Assembly (NCBI GenBank): GCA_020847695.1
Contig: JADLBP010000205.1
Location: forward strand, 22,530-86,529
DNA from: Planctomycetota bacterium
GTDB lineage: Bacteria; Planctomycetota; UBA1135; GCA-002686595
Direction of reading: 5' to 3'
DNA: 64,000 nt
Shown here: one piece after another, positions 34,776-45,714 of the stretch
How the letters are laid out: every line of letters begins with the position of its first letter
How positions within the stretch are numbered: position 1 is the first letter of the stretch
The notes under the pieces: generated by a model
Told to the model about the DNA's origin: nothing
Seen by the model: the letters and a program-made list of their open reading frames with translations, nothing else
Databases searched by the model: none
Position numbers and translations under genes: made by a program

Positions 34776-35282
34776 TCACGGTCCGATCAGTGGGTCGGAA
34801 GGCTTTTCGGCCCTTCGGCCCGAAAGGTTGTGGAGGGAGCGTGCGCGTCCGGCCCGAATCAGGGCCTGCTCGTCGAGCCGCAGGTTGTCGACGCGCGCTT
34901 CCTCGGCCTGGTGGGCCGTCCGGGCCCGCTCCCGCAGGTTCTCGAGGCTCTTCAGGGCCTGTTTGCGGGCTTCCCAGGCCCGGCGCTCGCGCTCGGCGGC
35001 GTCGCGGGCGAGACGGGCGCGCTCGGCCGCGGGCGGGACCCGCAGCGAGGTCTGGTCGACCGTGAACTGCTCGAGCAGCACCGCGTCGGCATCGAGCTCG
35101 CGCGCCTCGACGACGCGCAACAGTTGGGCGAGGCTCGTCCTGACGTCCTCGCGCGCGCGATCGCGCGACGACTCCGCCTGCTTCGCGCGCGTCTCGCCTT
35201 CCATGAACGCGGCGCGAGCGATCTCCTCCTCGAGCCGGCGAATGCCGAGCACGCGCTGCAGACGGAAACGAAATCGACTCAC
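34776..35282 (-). CDS. fliJ: Flagellar export apparatus stalk/chaperone protein FliJ
   Basis: 168-aa coiled coil opening with 'RFRFRLQRVLGIRRLEEE'. GTGA overlap with fliI. Position is fliI-fliJ. Confidence 0.7.
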   Translation of the reverse strand: MSRFRFRLQRVLGIRRLEEEIARAAFMEGETRAKQAESSRDRAREDVRTSLAQLLRVVEARELDADAVLLEQFTVDQTSLRVPPAAERARLARDAAERERRAWEARKQALKSLENLRERARTAHQAEEARVDNLRLDEQALIRAGRARSLHNLSGRRAEKPSDPLIGP

Positions 35283-36604
35283 GCGCCGCCTCCGGCCTTC
35301 TCGGCGATCGCGCCGAGCAGCGCGACGGTCTCGTCGAGCGACGACGGCTCGCGCTGACCTTGGCGCAGGAAGATCTGCAGCGCGGGCATCAGTCGCAGCG
35401 CCATGTCGAGCCGCGGGTTGGTGCCGGGCTTGTACGCGCCGATTTCCACCAGGTCGCGGCCTTCGCGGTACGCGGCGAGCAGCTCGCGCACCTTGCCCGC
35501 AGCGCGCCGGTGCTTGTCGGAGGTCAGCGCCGGCATCAGACGCGACAAGCTCGAGAGCACGTCGATCGCCGGGAAGTGACCTTGGTGCGCGAGGTCGCGC
35601 GAGAGGTAGACGTGACCGTCGAGCAAGCCGCGCAACGTGTCCGACACCGGGTCGTTCGGATCGTCCTGGTCGAGCAGGACCGTCAGGATTCCGGTGATCG
35701 AGCCCGCGTGGGTCCGGCCCATGCGCTCGACGATCTTCGGAACGGTCGCGAAGAAGCTCGGCGGATAGCCGCGGACGGTCGGCGGCTCGCCGGCGGCGAG
35801 ACCGATCTCGCGCGACGCCGCCGCGAAGCGCGTCACCGAGTCCATCACGAGCAGCACGTCGAGCCCGCGATCGCGGAAGTACTCGGCGGCGGTGACCGCG
35901 ACGAACGGCGCGAGGAAGCGCTCGATCGGCGGGCGGTCGCTGGTCGCGACGACGACGACCGACTTCTTGCGGCCTTCGGGGCCGAGGACCTCGTCGACGA
36001 AGCTCTTCACCTCGCGTCCGCGCTCGCCGATCAGCCCGACGACGATCACGTCGGCGTCGGTGCCGCGGGTGATCTGCGAGAGCAGCGTCGACTTGCCGAC
36101 GCCCGAGCCCGCGAAGATGCCGATGCGCTGGCCGCGGCCGAGCGTGTTGAGCCCGTCGATCGCGCGCACGCCGGTTTGCAGCGGCTCGACGATCTCCGCG
36201 CGACCGAACGGATCGGGCGCCGACGAGCGCACGTTGCGCAGATCGCCTTGCTCGAGCTCTCCGCCGCCGTCGAGCGGTCGCCCGAAGCCGTCGAGCATCC
36301 GTCCGAGCAGCATGTCGCCGACCGGGACGCAGAACGGGCGGCCGAGCGCGACCACGGGCTGCATCGGCGCGACGCCGGCGAGGTCGCCGTGCGGCATCAA
36401 CAACGTGCTGGAGCCGCGGAAGCCGACGACCTCGGCGTCGACCGAGCCCGCGCGACCGCGATCGATGCGACAGACTTCGCCGATCGCCGCCGGCACGCCG
36501 ATCGCCTCGACCATGACGCCCGAGACGATGTCGACGCGGCCGCGGAAGATCGGTCGCGCGCCGGTCTGGATGCGCTCCTTCGCCTTCTCGAGGTCGAGCT
36601 TCAC
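35279..36604 (-). CDS. fliI: Flagellum-specific ATPase FliI
   Basis: Walker A 'GSGVGKSTLL', Walker B 'VLLVMDSVTRFA', and 'GSITGILTVL'. 441 aa. Confidence 0.95.
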   Translation of the reverse strand: MKLDLEKAKERIQTGARPIFRGRVDIVSGVMVEAIGVPAAIGEVCRIDRGRAGSVDAEVVGFRGSSTLLMPHGDLAGVAPMQPVVALGRPFCVPVGDMLLGRMLDGFGRPLDGGGELEQGDLRNVRSSAPDPFGRAEIVEPLQTGVRAIDGLNTLGRGQRIGIFAGSGVGKSTLLSQITRGTDADVIVVGLIGERGREVKSFVDEVLGPEGRKKSVVVVATSDRPPIERFLAPFVAVTAAEYFRDRGLDVLLVMDSVTRFAAASREIGLAAGEPPTVRGYPPSFFATVPKIVERMGRTHAGSITGILTVLLDQDDPNDPVSDTLRGLLDGHVYLSRDLAHQGHFPAIDVLSSLSRLMPALTSDKHRRAAGKVRELLAAYREGRDLVEIGAYKPGTNPRLDMALRLMPALQIFLRQGQREPSSLDETVALLGAIAEKAGGGA

Positions 36605-37119
36605 GCGGTCTCTCCGCGCAGCTCGCCGCCGATCGCGTCGAGCGCCTGCTCGAACTCGCGCACGAGCAGGCCGCGCGGCGTCGAGACCTGGACGTTGCCG
36701 CGCGCGACCGAGATGTCGGGCTCGATCACCGTGCCGTTGCGGAACGGCACCGACTCCAGAGCCTTCGCGTCGTCCGGGTTGAGGTGCACGACGCAGCGGC
36801 CGCGATCGACACCGGAGACCGCGAGCGTCTCGCGCACGATCTTCTCGAGGTCGTAGTTGCCCGCTTGCGCCTCGCGACGCAGCAGGACGCGAGCGATCTC
36901 GAGCGCCATCTCGACGGCGAGCTTCGCGGCGCGCGCGTGCTCGAGCTCGAGCGCCTCGGCCGCGCGATCGAGCGCGCCGGCGGCCTGCGCGATCGCTTCG
37001 GAACGGCCTTGAGCGAGCCCGCGCGCGAGCGCGCGACGTTCGCGCAGGTCGCCGAGGTCGCCGGGGACGATGCGCGCCGCGGTCGGCGGCGCGTGGAGTC
37101 GGGTGCGTTCAGGTGACAA
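36601..37119 (-). CDS. fliH: Flagellar export protein FliH
   Basis: 172 aa between fliG and fliI, with GTGA overlap with fliI. 'LEKIVRETLAVS...CVVHLNPDDAKAL' is a FliH-like C-terminus. The only start available is TTG at 37119. Confidence 0.65.
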   Translation of the reverse strand: MSPERTRLHAPPTAARIVPGDLGDLRERRALARGLAQGRSEAIAQAAGALDRAAEALELEHARAAKLAVEMALEIARVLLRREAQAGNYDLEKIVRETLAVSGVDRGRCVVHLNPDDAKALESVPFRNGTVIEPDISVARGNVQVSTPRGLLVREFEQALDAIGGELRGETA

Positions 37120-38128
37120 GGTCTTGTCCAGCGCGTGCCGGGCGGAACTCGCCCGATTCCATCAGGGTTCGGACGGCCTTCATGATCTCGTTGCGCGCGC
37201 CCTGCACTTCCTGCATCGGCATGGCGCCGGCGAGCTCGCGCTCTTCCGACACCATCACGCGCACGCGCTCCGAGAGGTTGGCCATGATGTTGCCTTCGAC
37301 CTTCGCGGAGCACGCCTTGAGCGCGATCGCGAGCGTCTTGGTGTCCACCGACGCGAGGATCTTCTGCATCGGTCGCTTCTCGACCTTGGCGAGGTCCTCC
37401 CACGTGAACATGAACTCGCGCACTTCCTTGGCCATGTCGGCGTCGTCCTTGGCCATGGACTCGAGCACGTTCTTCTCCACCTCGGCGGGCGAGAAGTTGA
37501 GCATGTCGGCGATCGACTTCTTGCGCATCGTCGGTTCGGTGACCACCGGGCCGGTCGCGATCTCCTTCAAGCGAGCGGAGAGGTCCTCGGAGATCGAGAC
37601 CAGCACGTCGATCGACGGCGGCGTCACGCCGGCCATGCGGCGCACGACATCGTACGCGCGCTTCGGATCGAGCGAGCGGAGCACTTCCGCGGACAGCGAC
37701 GGATCGAGGTGCGCGAGCACCAGCGCGATCACCGCCTCGCTCTGCTCGCCCAGCGCGATCGCGATGTTCTTCGCCGGCTCCTTCTCGATCGAGAGGAAGG
37801 GGCGCTCCTGCTGCAGACGGTGCTGGATCTTGTCGAACAGCTCGGCGGCCTGTTGCTTGCCCAGCGTCGACTCGATCAGCGCGTAGAGCTCGGCCTCGCT
37901 CTTGCGCCGCACGCCGCGCGGGCCGGCGAGCGACTTGATCATGTCCTTGTAGAGCTCGCGCACGCCGTCGGTGTTGGTCAGCTCGGCGGGCAGTTCGCCC
38001 ATCGCTTCGACGACCTCGACGATCACCTCGGGGTCGATGTGGCGCAGGACGGTGCCCGCGTGCTCCTTCTCGAGCGCGAGCAGGAACGCGGCGGCGCGTT
38101 GCGCGCCGCTGACTTCGTCGCGGGCCAT
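37109..38128 (-). CDS. fliG: Flagellar motor switch protein FliG
   Basis: 'GAQRAAAFLLAL', 'EFMFTWEDL' and 'LSERVRVMVSEERE'. 339 aa. Confidence 0.95.
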   Translation of the reverse strand: MARDEVSGAQRAAAFLLALEKEHAGTVLRHIDPEVIVEVVEAMGELPAELTNTDGVRELYKDMIKSLAGPRGVRRKSEAELYALIESTLGKQQAAELFDKIQHRLQQERPFLSIEKEPAKNIAIALGEQSEAVIALVLAHLDPSLSAEVLRSLDPKRAYDVVRRMAGVTPPSIDVLVSISEDLSARLKEIATGPVVTEPTMRKKSIADMLNFSPAEVEKNVLESMAKDDADMAKEVREFMFTWEDLAKVEKRPMQKILASVDTKTLAIALKACSAKVEGNIMANLSERVRVMVSEERELAGAMPMQEVQGARNEIMKAVRTLMESGEFRPARAGQDLVT

Positions 38129-39726
38129 TACTTGCCGTTCCTCGCCGCCGCGCGGCTCTCACCGGCCCAGCGCGAGAGGATCTCGCCGACGCGGCGCGGA
38201 TCGGTGCGCACGAGCTCGTCGATGCGCGCGCGGGCGAGCATCTCGGGGTCGGGCTCGGCTGCGCCGCCCGAACCGCCGTCGCCGCCGACGCTACTGCCTC
38301 CGCCGACGGCGCCCGCGCCCGCAGCGACCGGCAACGCGCCCGGCTTGACGCCCTTGAGCGTCTTGAAGAGCACGAAGAGGAACACGATCGCGGCGGCGAT
38401 CTCGATGCCGCGCTCGAGCAGCATGCGCAGCATCGGCGACGGGCCGCTGCTCTCCTCGACCGGCGTGTTCGTGTCGACGGCGACGGCGGTCTCGGTCGTG
38501 AACGCGGTCGTGCCGACCTGGATGACGTCCTCACGCTCGCTGTCGAATCCGACCGCGGCCTGCACGATCGATTGGATCTCGGTCTTCTTCGCCGCGAGCG
38601 ACTCGTCGAGCAGCAGCGAGACCGACAAGCGCTTCAGCGTCGGCGTCGAGTGCACCGTCTGAGTCTTCGAGCGCGAGACCTCGTAGCTCTTCTCGGTCTC
38701 GTTCGACGTCGACATCTGCGACGAGCCGGTCGACGACGGATTCGCGGCGATCGCCGCGCCATCGGCGCCGAAGGAGGTCTCGGACGGCACGTTCGAGGCC
38801 GTCCCCGCGGGCCCGCCGTTGGTCGGCACGGCGCCGGCGGGCGTTTCGCTCTTGATCGACTTCTCGGAGACCAGCGTGCCCTTCGGCGGGAGCGTTTCGC
38901 TGACCGTCGTGCGTTGGTCGTGATCCCATTCGGAGGTGACGGTGACCAGCGCCTTCTTCGTTCCGTAGGCGAGCGCGAGCTGCGAGTTGACCTTCTCCGC
39001 GATCTCGCGGTCGTAGCTGTGCGCGTAGTCGAGCAGGCTCGCCGGATCACCGCCGAGCCCCTGCGAGCGTGCGGGGTCGTAGAGCGCGCGACCGCTCTGG
39101 TCGGAGACGATCACGTTGTCCGACGGCACGCCGAAGCGGAAGCGGACGAGCTTGGCGACGTTCTCGGCTTGCTCGCGCGAGAGCTCGACCAGGTTCTTGA
39201 GCGTCAGCGTCACCGAAACCGTCAGCGGCTTGCGGTCGCGGATCGGCGAGTTGTCGGGCATCGAGCTCGTCACCGTCGCGTTCGCGACGAAGTCGAGCGT
39301 CTCGAGCTGACTCTCCATCTCCTGCCAGTCGCGCTTGAGCATCGACTGCGCGCGCTCGGCCGACGAGAGGAAGATCGCAGCGGCGCCGCCCGCGGTGGAA
39401 TCGACGCCGCGCGGCATCTCCTTCAGCGCGCCGGAGAGCGCGACCAGGTTCTGCGCTTCGTATTGCTGCGGCTCGTCGACGTAGATGTTGTACGGGCCGG
39501 GCGGTTGGCTGACCTTGTAGCGGATCGAGCCGCCGGCGAGCGCCTTCTCGATCCCGCCGCGCGACGAGTCGTCGATGCCCGAGTACAGCATCACGAAGTT
39601 GGGTCGATCCGCGAGCATCGTGCTGATCGTCACCGCGACCGTGATCGCGACGATCGCCAGCAGCATCACCAGCTTGGTGCGCGGGTGAGCGTTCTTGAGC
39701 GAGTCGAGAAGTGTCTTGAGATCCAA
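38128..39726 (-). CDS. fliF: Flagellar MS-ring protein FliF
   Basis: N-terminal TM, 'YKVSQPPGPYNIYVDEPQQYEAQNLVALSG' (YscJ/FliF ring motif), and C-terminal TM 'IEIAAAIVFLFVLF'. TTG start with AGGAG 9 nt upstream. Confidence 0.9.
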   Translation of the reverse strand: MDLKTLLDSLKNAHPRTKLVMLLAIVAITVAVTISTMLADRPNFVMLYSGIDDSSRGGIEKALAGGSIRYKVSQPPGPYNIYVDEPQQYEAQNLVALSGALKEMPRGVDSTAGGAAAIFLSSAERAQSMLKRDWQEMESQLETLDFVANATVTSSMPDNSPIRDRKPLTVSVTLTLKNLVELSREQAENVAKLVRFRFGVPSDNVIVSDQSGRALYDPARSQGLGGDPASLLDYAHSYDREIAEKVNSQLALAYGTKKALVTVTSEWDHDQRTTVSETLPPKGTLVSEKSIKSETPAGAVPTNGGPAGTASNVPSETSFGADGAAIAANPSSTGSSQMSTSNETEKSYEVSRSKTQTVHSTPTLKRLSVSLLLDESLAAKKTEIQSIVQAAVGFDSEREDVIQVGTTAFTTETAVAVDTNTPVEESSGPSPMLRMLLERGIEIAAAIVFLFVLFKTLKGVKPGALPVAAGAGAVGGGSSVGGDGGSGGAAEPDPEMLARARIDELVRTDPRRVGEILSRWAGESRAAARNGK

Positions 39727-39743
39727 GGGATGTGGCTCCTAGC

Positions 39744-40112
39744 TCAGACGCTCATGCGCATGGTCTCGCGGTAGGCGTCGATCAGCTTGTTGCGGACCTC
39801 CATCGCGAACTTGAAGGAGAGTTCCGCCTGCTTGATCTGCACCGCGAGCTCGTGGAAGTCGCCGACCTTGCCCGCGACCATGTCCGCGGGCAGCTCGTCG
39901 ACGCGATTGATCGAGCCGTTCACCTCTCGCAGGCCCTGCGAGAGGCTGTCGCCGAACGAAGTCGACTTCGGAGCTTGACCGACCTCGAGCCCGCCGGACG
40001 CGAGCGAGTTCGCGACCTCCGAGTCGATGCGCTTCGCGCTTTCGGTCTGCGTGCGCAGCGCCGCCTCGATGGCGGCGCGGGCGAACGAGCTGGATCCGAT
40101 TCCGTCGACCAT
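39744..40112 (-). CDS. fliE: Flagellar hook-basal body protein FliE
   Basis: C-terminal 'DFHELAVQIKQAELSFKFAMEVRNKLIDAYRETMRM' is the FliE signature. Confidence 0.85.
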   Translation of the reverse strand: MVDGIGSSSFARAAIEAALRTQTESAKRIDSEVANSLASGGLEVGQAPKSTSFGDSLSQGLREVNGSINRVDELPADMVAGKVGDFHELAVQIKQAELSFKFAMEVRNKLIDAYRETMRMSV

Positions 40113-40135
40113 GGTTCACCTCGTGGAGAGGACGA

Positions 40136-40573
40136 TCACTGCACCAGGCGCAGCGCGCGCTCGGCCATCGCGACGAAGGACTCCTGCGCGGTCAGGTTGG
40201 CCTCGTACGCGCGTGAGGCCGAGATCAAGTCGACCATCTCGTGCGTCGTGTTGACGTTCGGCATGGTCACGTAGCCCGCGCCGTCCGCGTCCGGGTGGCC
40301 GGGGTTCAGGATGCGTTCCATCGGAGACGCGTAGTCGGGCGTGACGCCGCCGACCTTGACGCCGGTGACCTCGAGCTTGCCGCCTTCGGCGCGCTGGAGC
40401 ATCGGTTCGAACCACACCGACAGCCGGCGGTACGGGACGCCTTCCGGCGTGCGCGTGGTCTCCGCGTTGGCGAGGTTCTTCGCGATGACGTCGAGGCGCG
40501 CGCGTTCCGCGGCGAGGCCGCTGGACGACGCGCGCATTCCGGAGAAGAGATGGGAGATGCCACTCATGATCAA
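40136..40573 (-). CDS. flgC: Flagellar proximal rod protein FlgC
   Basis: 'GLAAERARLDVIAKNLANAETT' and 'PGHPDADGAGYVTMPNVNTTHEMVDLISASRAYEAN'. Confidence 0.9.
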   Translation of the reverse strand: MIMSGISHLFSGMRASSSGLAAERARLDVIAKNLANAETTRTPEGVPYRRLSVWFEPMLQRAEGGKLEVTGVKVGGVTPDYASPMERILNPGHPDADGAGYVTMPNVNTTHEMVDLISASRAYEANLTAQESFVAMAERALRLVQ

Positions 40574-40926
40574 CGAGAGCCTTCCACCGAGCTGCGGATC
40601 AGCTCGAACTTCGCAGCGAGGATCGCCGCGTAGGATTCGTACAGGAGCTTGTTCTCGCGCAGAGCGTTCATCTCGAGCTCGAGGCTCGTGTTGTTGCCGT
40701 CCGCGCGAGCGGGTGTGACGAGGTCGAGCTCGACCTCGGGCGCGACCGTGGAGGGGTCGCGCCCGGATTCGAGCGCGCTCTTCATCGAGTCCTCGAAGCG
40801 CAACATCCTGCGCGTGTACCCCGGCGTGTTGACGTTCGCGATGTTGCCCATGATGACCTCCTGTCGTTGGACGGAGGCCGAGAGCAGCCGCGAGAGCAAG
40901 TCGCCGTTGTCGATGCGCAGGTCCAT
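40570..40926 (-). CDS. flgB: Flagellar proximal rod protein FlgB
   Basis: ATG at 40926, 118 aa. 'RQEVIMGNIANVNTPGY' and 'NNTSLELEMNALRENKLLYE'. The remainder of the 1148-aa track ORF is a frame artefact. Confidence 0.85.
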   Translation of the reverse strand: MDLRIDNGDLLSRLLSASVQRQEVIMGNIANVNTPGYTRRMLRFEDSMKSALESGRDPSTVAPEVELDLVTPARADGNNTSLELEMNALRENKLLYESYAAILAAKFELIRSSVEGSR

Positions 40927-40928
40927 GG

Positions 40929-42311
<1,383 letters not shown>

Positions 42312-42314
42312 CTT

Positions 42315-43481
42315 CTAGCTCTTGGATTGGAAGGGGATGGAGATGCAGAAATCGGCGCCGCCCAGCGGGGCCGGTTGGGGGGAGAGTTCGACGCGACCGC
42401 CGTGCAGCACGGCGATCGTGTTGACCAGTGCGAGGCCGAGGCCGGTGCCGTCGGCGCGCGAGGTGAAGAACGGCTCGAGCACGCGAGCGGCGTGCTCCTT
42501 CGGCACACCCGGGCCGGCATCGGTGACGCGCAAGCAGACTTCGCCGACGCCGACGGTCGCGTCGACGTGGACGGCGCCGCCGTCGGGTTGGGCTTGGATC
42601 GCGTTCGCGATCAGGTTGCGCAGCGCTTGGCGCAGCTTGACGTAGTCGGCGTCGAAGCTCGGCGCCGCGGCGTCGACCGACTGCGTCACGCGCCAACGCT
42701 CGGGCCGTTCGAGGCCGAGCGTCGCTTCGCGGATCGCGTCGGCGACGAGCTCGCAGGCGCCGACGCGCTCGCGGCGGACCGCATCGGTGCGGGCGAGCGT
42801 CAACATGCTCCCGAGCACGCGATCGGCGCGCTGCACGCCTTCGACGATGCGGGCGGCGAGCTCGCGCTCGCGCGAACCCTCGCCGAGGCGCTTCTCGAGC
42901 AACGCCGCGAAGCCTTGGATCGCGTTCATCGGGTTGCGCAGCTCGTGCGCGATCCCGCTGGCGACGTTGCCGAGCGCCGCGAGCTTCTCCTGCGCGTGCA
43001 GCTTCGCGGAGAGGCGCGCGAACTCGGTGCGGTCGTCGACGATCGCGACGGTGCCGACGCGCGCGCCGTGGGATTCGATCGGCGAGCGCTTGCAGGCGAC
43101 GACGCGCGTGCTGCCGTCGGCGCATGCGAGCTCGAGCCCGTCGCCGGCCGCTTCGATTGCGGCGAGTCGCGCCGCGGAGCCGTCGCCGAGCCCGTTCGAG
43201 CCGTCGAGACCGACCAGCTCGCACGCCGCGCGGTTGATCCGGGCGACGCGCCCGTCGCGGTCGCGGACGATAACGCCGCTCGGCAGGGCCTGCAGGATCG
43301 CTTCGAGGTGCCGCGAGAGCTCGTCGAGCTCCGCGACCTTCGACGCGAGCTCGTTCTCGACGCGCTGCGCGCGCCGCTCGATCGCCTGGTAGCTCTCGAT
43401 CAGCCCCGCGCTCACCTCGGCGAAGGAGCGCATGGCCGCCTCGAGCTCGGCGGGCGACATCGGAGCGGTTTCGGCGCGCAT
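42315..43481 (-). CDS. Cytoplasmic PAS-containing sensor histidine kinase (FlrB/FleS-like by context)
   Basis: H-box 'IAHELRNPMNAIQGF', N-box 'ALRNLIANAIQA', 'VTDAGPGVP' and 'GTGLGLALV'. No TM segment. ATG 43481 avoids overlap with the upstream gene (alternative GTG at 43538). Confidence 0.85.
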   Translation of the reverse strand: MRAETAPMSPAELEAAMRSFAEVSAGLIESYQAIERRAQRVENELASKVAELDELSRHLEAILQALPSGVIVRDRDGRVARINRAACELVGLDGSNGLGDGSAARLAAIEAAGDGLELACADGSTRVVACKRSPIESHGARVGTVAIVDDRTEFARLSAKLHAQEKLAALGNVASGIAHELRNPMNAIQGFAALLEKRLGEGSRERELAARIVEGVQRADRVLGSMLTLARTDAVRRERVGACELVADAIREATLGLERPERWRVTQSVDAAAPSFDADYVKLRQALRNLIANAIQAQPDGGAVHVDATVGVGEVCLRVTDAGPGVPKEHAARVLEPFFTSRADGTGLGLALVNTIAVLHGGRVELSPQPAPLGGADFCISIPFQSKS

Positions 43482-43489
43482 GGTGGAGC

Positions 43490-44236
43490 TCACGGCTTCG
43501 CGACCTCCGTGCGGCGCGCTTGGAACTTGGTCTGCCACTCGAGGAAAGACGCGGCTTCCTTCGCGCGCTCGGCGTCCGGTCCGCCTTGCTTGGACTCGCT
43601 CGCTGCGCGATACGCGGCGAGAGCCTCGTCGCGCTTGCCGAGCTTCTCCAGGCAGCGGCCCTTCCAGTAGTTCGAGCTCGGATCCGCCGCCGCGTCGCCG
43701 ATCGCGGCGAGCGCTTCGGCGAAACGATCCTGCTTGTAGTAGGCGCGCACCAGCCGCGCGGTGTCGGCGACGTAGCCGTGCGTCTCGAACGACGCGGGCG
43801 CGTGGCGAGCTTGCGTGTCGCGTGCCGCGGGCTTGTCGCGCTTGGCGGGCGCCGTTTCGTGGCGCGCGTCCGCGACGCCCTGCGGGTCGTCGTCGACGTG
43901 GATCGGCGTCGGCCGAGCGCTCGGCGTCGTGCCGGGGCTCTGGAGGCCGTCGAACTTCGCTTGCAGCGCGTTGAGCTGGTCGCGCAGCTCGTCGCGGCGC
44001 AGATCGCGCTCGACATCGGTGCCGCTCGGCGTCTCGGTGAGGCGCAGCAGGTCCTTCAGCGCGCTCGGGTCCTTCGCCGCGAGACGCTTCTCGACGCCGG
44101 CGAGCTCGTCGATCGCCGCGACGGTCGCGCGCAGCGATTCGTCGAGCGACTTCGCGCCGTCGCCTTGCAGCGCGACGGCGGGCACGAGCAGCACGATCGC
44201 CGCTCCGACGTTGATCGCGAACGAGTGCTTCATCAT
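43490..44236 (-). CDS. Hypothetical secreted protein with coiled coil and C-terminal TPR-like repeats
   Basis: Signal-like 'MMKHSFAINVGAAIVLLVPAVALQ', then a coiled coil, then 'ARLVRAYYKQDRFAEALAAIG...YWKGRCLEKLGKRDEALAAYRAA'. ATGA overlap with the upstream gene. Confidence 0.55.
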   Translation of the reverse strand: MMKHSFAINVGAAIVLLVPAVALQGDGAKSLDESLRATVAAIDELAGVEKRLAAKDPSALKDLLRLTETPSGTDVERDLRRDELRDQLNALQAKFDGLQSPGTTPSARPTPIHVDDDPQGVADARHETAPAKRDKPAARDTQARHAPASFETHGYVADTARLVRAYYKQDRFAEALAAIGDAAADPSSNYWKGRCLEKLGKRDEALAAYRAASESKQGGPDAERAKEAASFLEWQTKFQARRTEVAKP

Positions 44237-45714
44237 CACAGTCGCCCCTGGTAGGCCTCGACGGCGGCGTCGAGACGGTCGTTGGCTTCGTACAGCTCGC
44301 CGGCGAGCACGTAGATCGCGCGACGGGCTTCGGGAGCGTGGAGGTCGGGGATCACGGAGCGCAGCGCGTCGATCGCGGCGTCGACGCCCTTCGCTTCGGC
44401 GAGCGCGCGGGCGTAGAGGCTCGCGACTTCGAGCAGCGCGGGCTCGTCGAGCTCGCGGCGCAGCTCGAAGATCGGCTTGATTACGCCGAGCGCGTCGATC
44501 GGCAGGCCGCCGGCGAGCAGACGGCGCGCGCGGGCGAGCCGCTCGTCGCGCTCTTCGGTCGGGCGGACGAGGTCGTCGAGGCCGAGCGCGGACGCGGCGC
44601 GTTGACGGATCGCGAGCGCGGTGTCGTCGGCGCCGTCGGCGTCCGCGAGACGGCTGATGAACATCGCGCCGAGCTCGTCGCCGGCATCCAGCGCGAGGCG
44701 AGCGGCTTGCGTGAACGCGTTCGCGCGCTCGTGGCCCTCCGTGGCGCGGCCGTAGCGCAGCCAAGCGAGCGAAGCCTGCGCGGGATCCTCGAGCGCCTCG
44801 ACGGTGCGGGCGCGCAGCTCGAGCAGCTCGACTTCGAACTCCTCGCGACGGCCGAGCCTCTCGAGGTAGTCGAGCGTCGCGCGCGCTTCCGGCGCACGAT
44901 CGGCGGCCAGCATCGCGCGCGCCCGGATCAGCTGACGGCGCTGGATCTCGACGGGCTCGGCGGCCGGCTCGTACGTGTCGACGACGTCGAGCATGTAGAA
45001 CGCGTGCTCGTGATCGCCTAGCAGCGCGTGGGCGCGAGCGAGCAGCAACCGCGCGCGGATCTCGTACGGGTGACGGCGATCGAGCCGCAGCAGGTCGGTC
45101 AGGCGCTGCACGACGCTCGCCCACTCGTGTTCGGCGGCGAGCAGCTCGGCCGAGCGCCACAGCGCGTCCGGGAGCTGGTCGGAATCGCGATGGCGCTGGA
45201 TCAGCGTCTCGTAGTGCGCGATCGCGGCCGGCAGGTTGCCGCGCGCTTCCTCGATCCGTGCTTGCGCGAGCTTCGCGGAGACCGCGCCCGGGTGATCCGG
45301 CCAGCGGCGTTGCGCGTTGAGGTACGTCGCGACCGCGAGGTTGCGCAGTTGCTCGACGTCCTCGTGGCGATCCTCGGTCGACACGACGCGCAGCGCGTTC
45401 GTGCGGAGCTCGGCTTGGCAACCGACCGAACCGAGGATGCGCGTCATCACGTCGCGCAGCTCGCGGTCCTCGAGGACGACCGTGACTTCCTGGTCCGCGT
45501 CGATCGCGTCGAGGCCCTCGACGTGCACGCCGAGCTGGATCGCGAGCGAACGCAAGAGCTCGCGCAGGTTCGAGCGCTGCGCGTGCACCGAGCACCACCA
45601 CTCGCCGTCGCGGCGTTCGACGTGGACTTCGTAGCCTTCGGCGGCGACAGGCGCGCCGGGGGCGACCGGCGTGAACGTCGCGGCGAACGCGAGGCAGAGA
45701 GCGAGCAGCTTCAC
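44236..45714 (-). CDS. Hypothetical secreted protein: STN/secretin-N-like small domain plus long TPR-like region
   Basis: GTG start with signal-like 'VKLLALCLAFAATFTPVAPGAPVAA'. 'SNLRELLRSLAIQLGVHVEGL...VTVVLEDRELRDVMTRILGSVG' resembles an STN-type fold. About 380 aa of helical repeats follow. GTGA overlap upstream. Confidence 0.55.
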   Translation of the reverse strand: MKLLALCLAFAATFTPVAPGAPVAAEGYEVHVERRDGEWWCSVHAQRSNLRELLRSLAIQLGVHVEGLDAIDADQEVTVVLEDRELRDVMTRILGSVGCQAELRTNALRVVSTEDRHEDVEQLRNLAVATYLNAQRRWPDHPGAVSAKLAQARIEEARGNLPAAIAHYETLIQRHRDSDQLPDALWRSAELLAAEHEWASVVQRLTDLLRLDRRHPYEIRARLLLARAHALLGDHEHAFYMLDVVDTYEPAAEPVEIQRRQLIRARAMLAADRAPEARATLDYLERLGRREEFEVELLELRARTVEALEDPAQASLAWLRYGRATEGHERANAFTQAARLALDAGDELGAMFISRLADADGADDTALAIRQRAASALGLDDLVRPTEERDERLARARRLLAGGLPIDALGVIKPIFELRRELDEPALLEVASLYARALAEAKGVDAAIDALRSVIPDLHAPEARRAIYVLAGELYEANDRLDAAVEAYQGRL

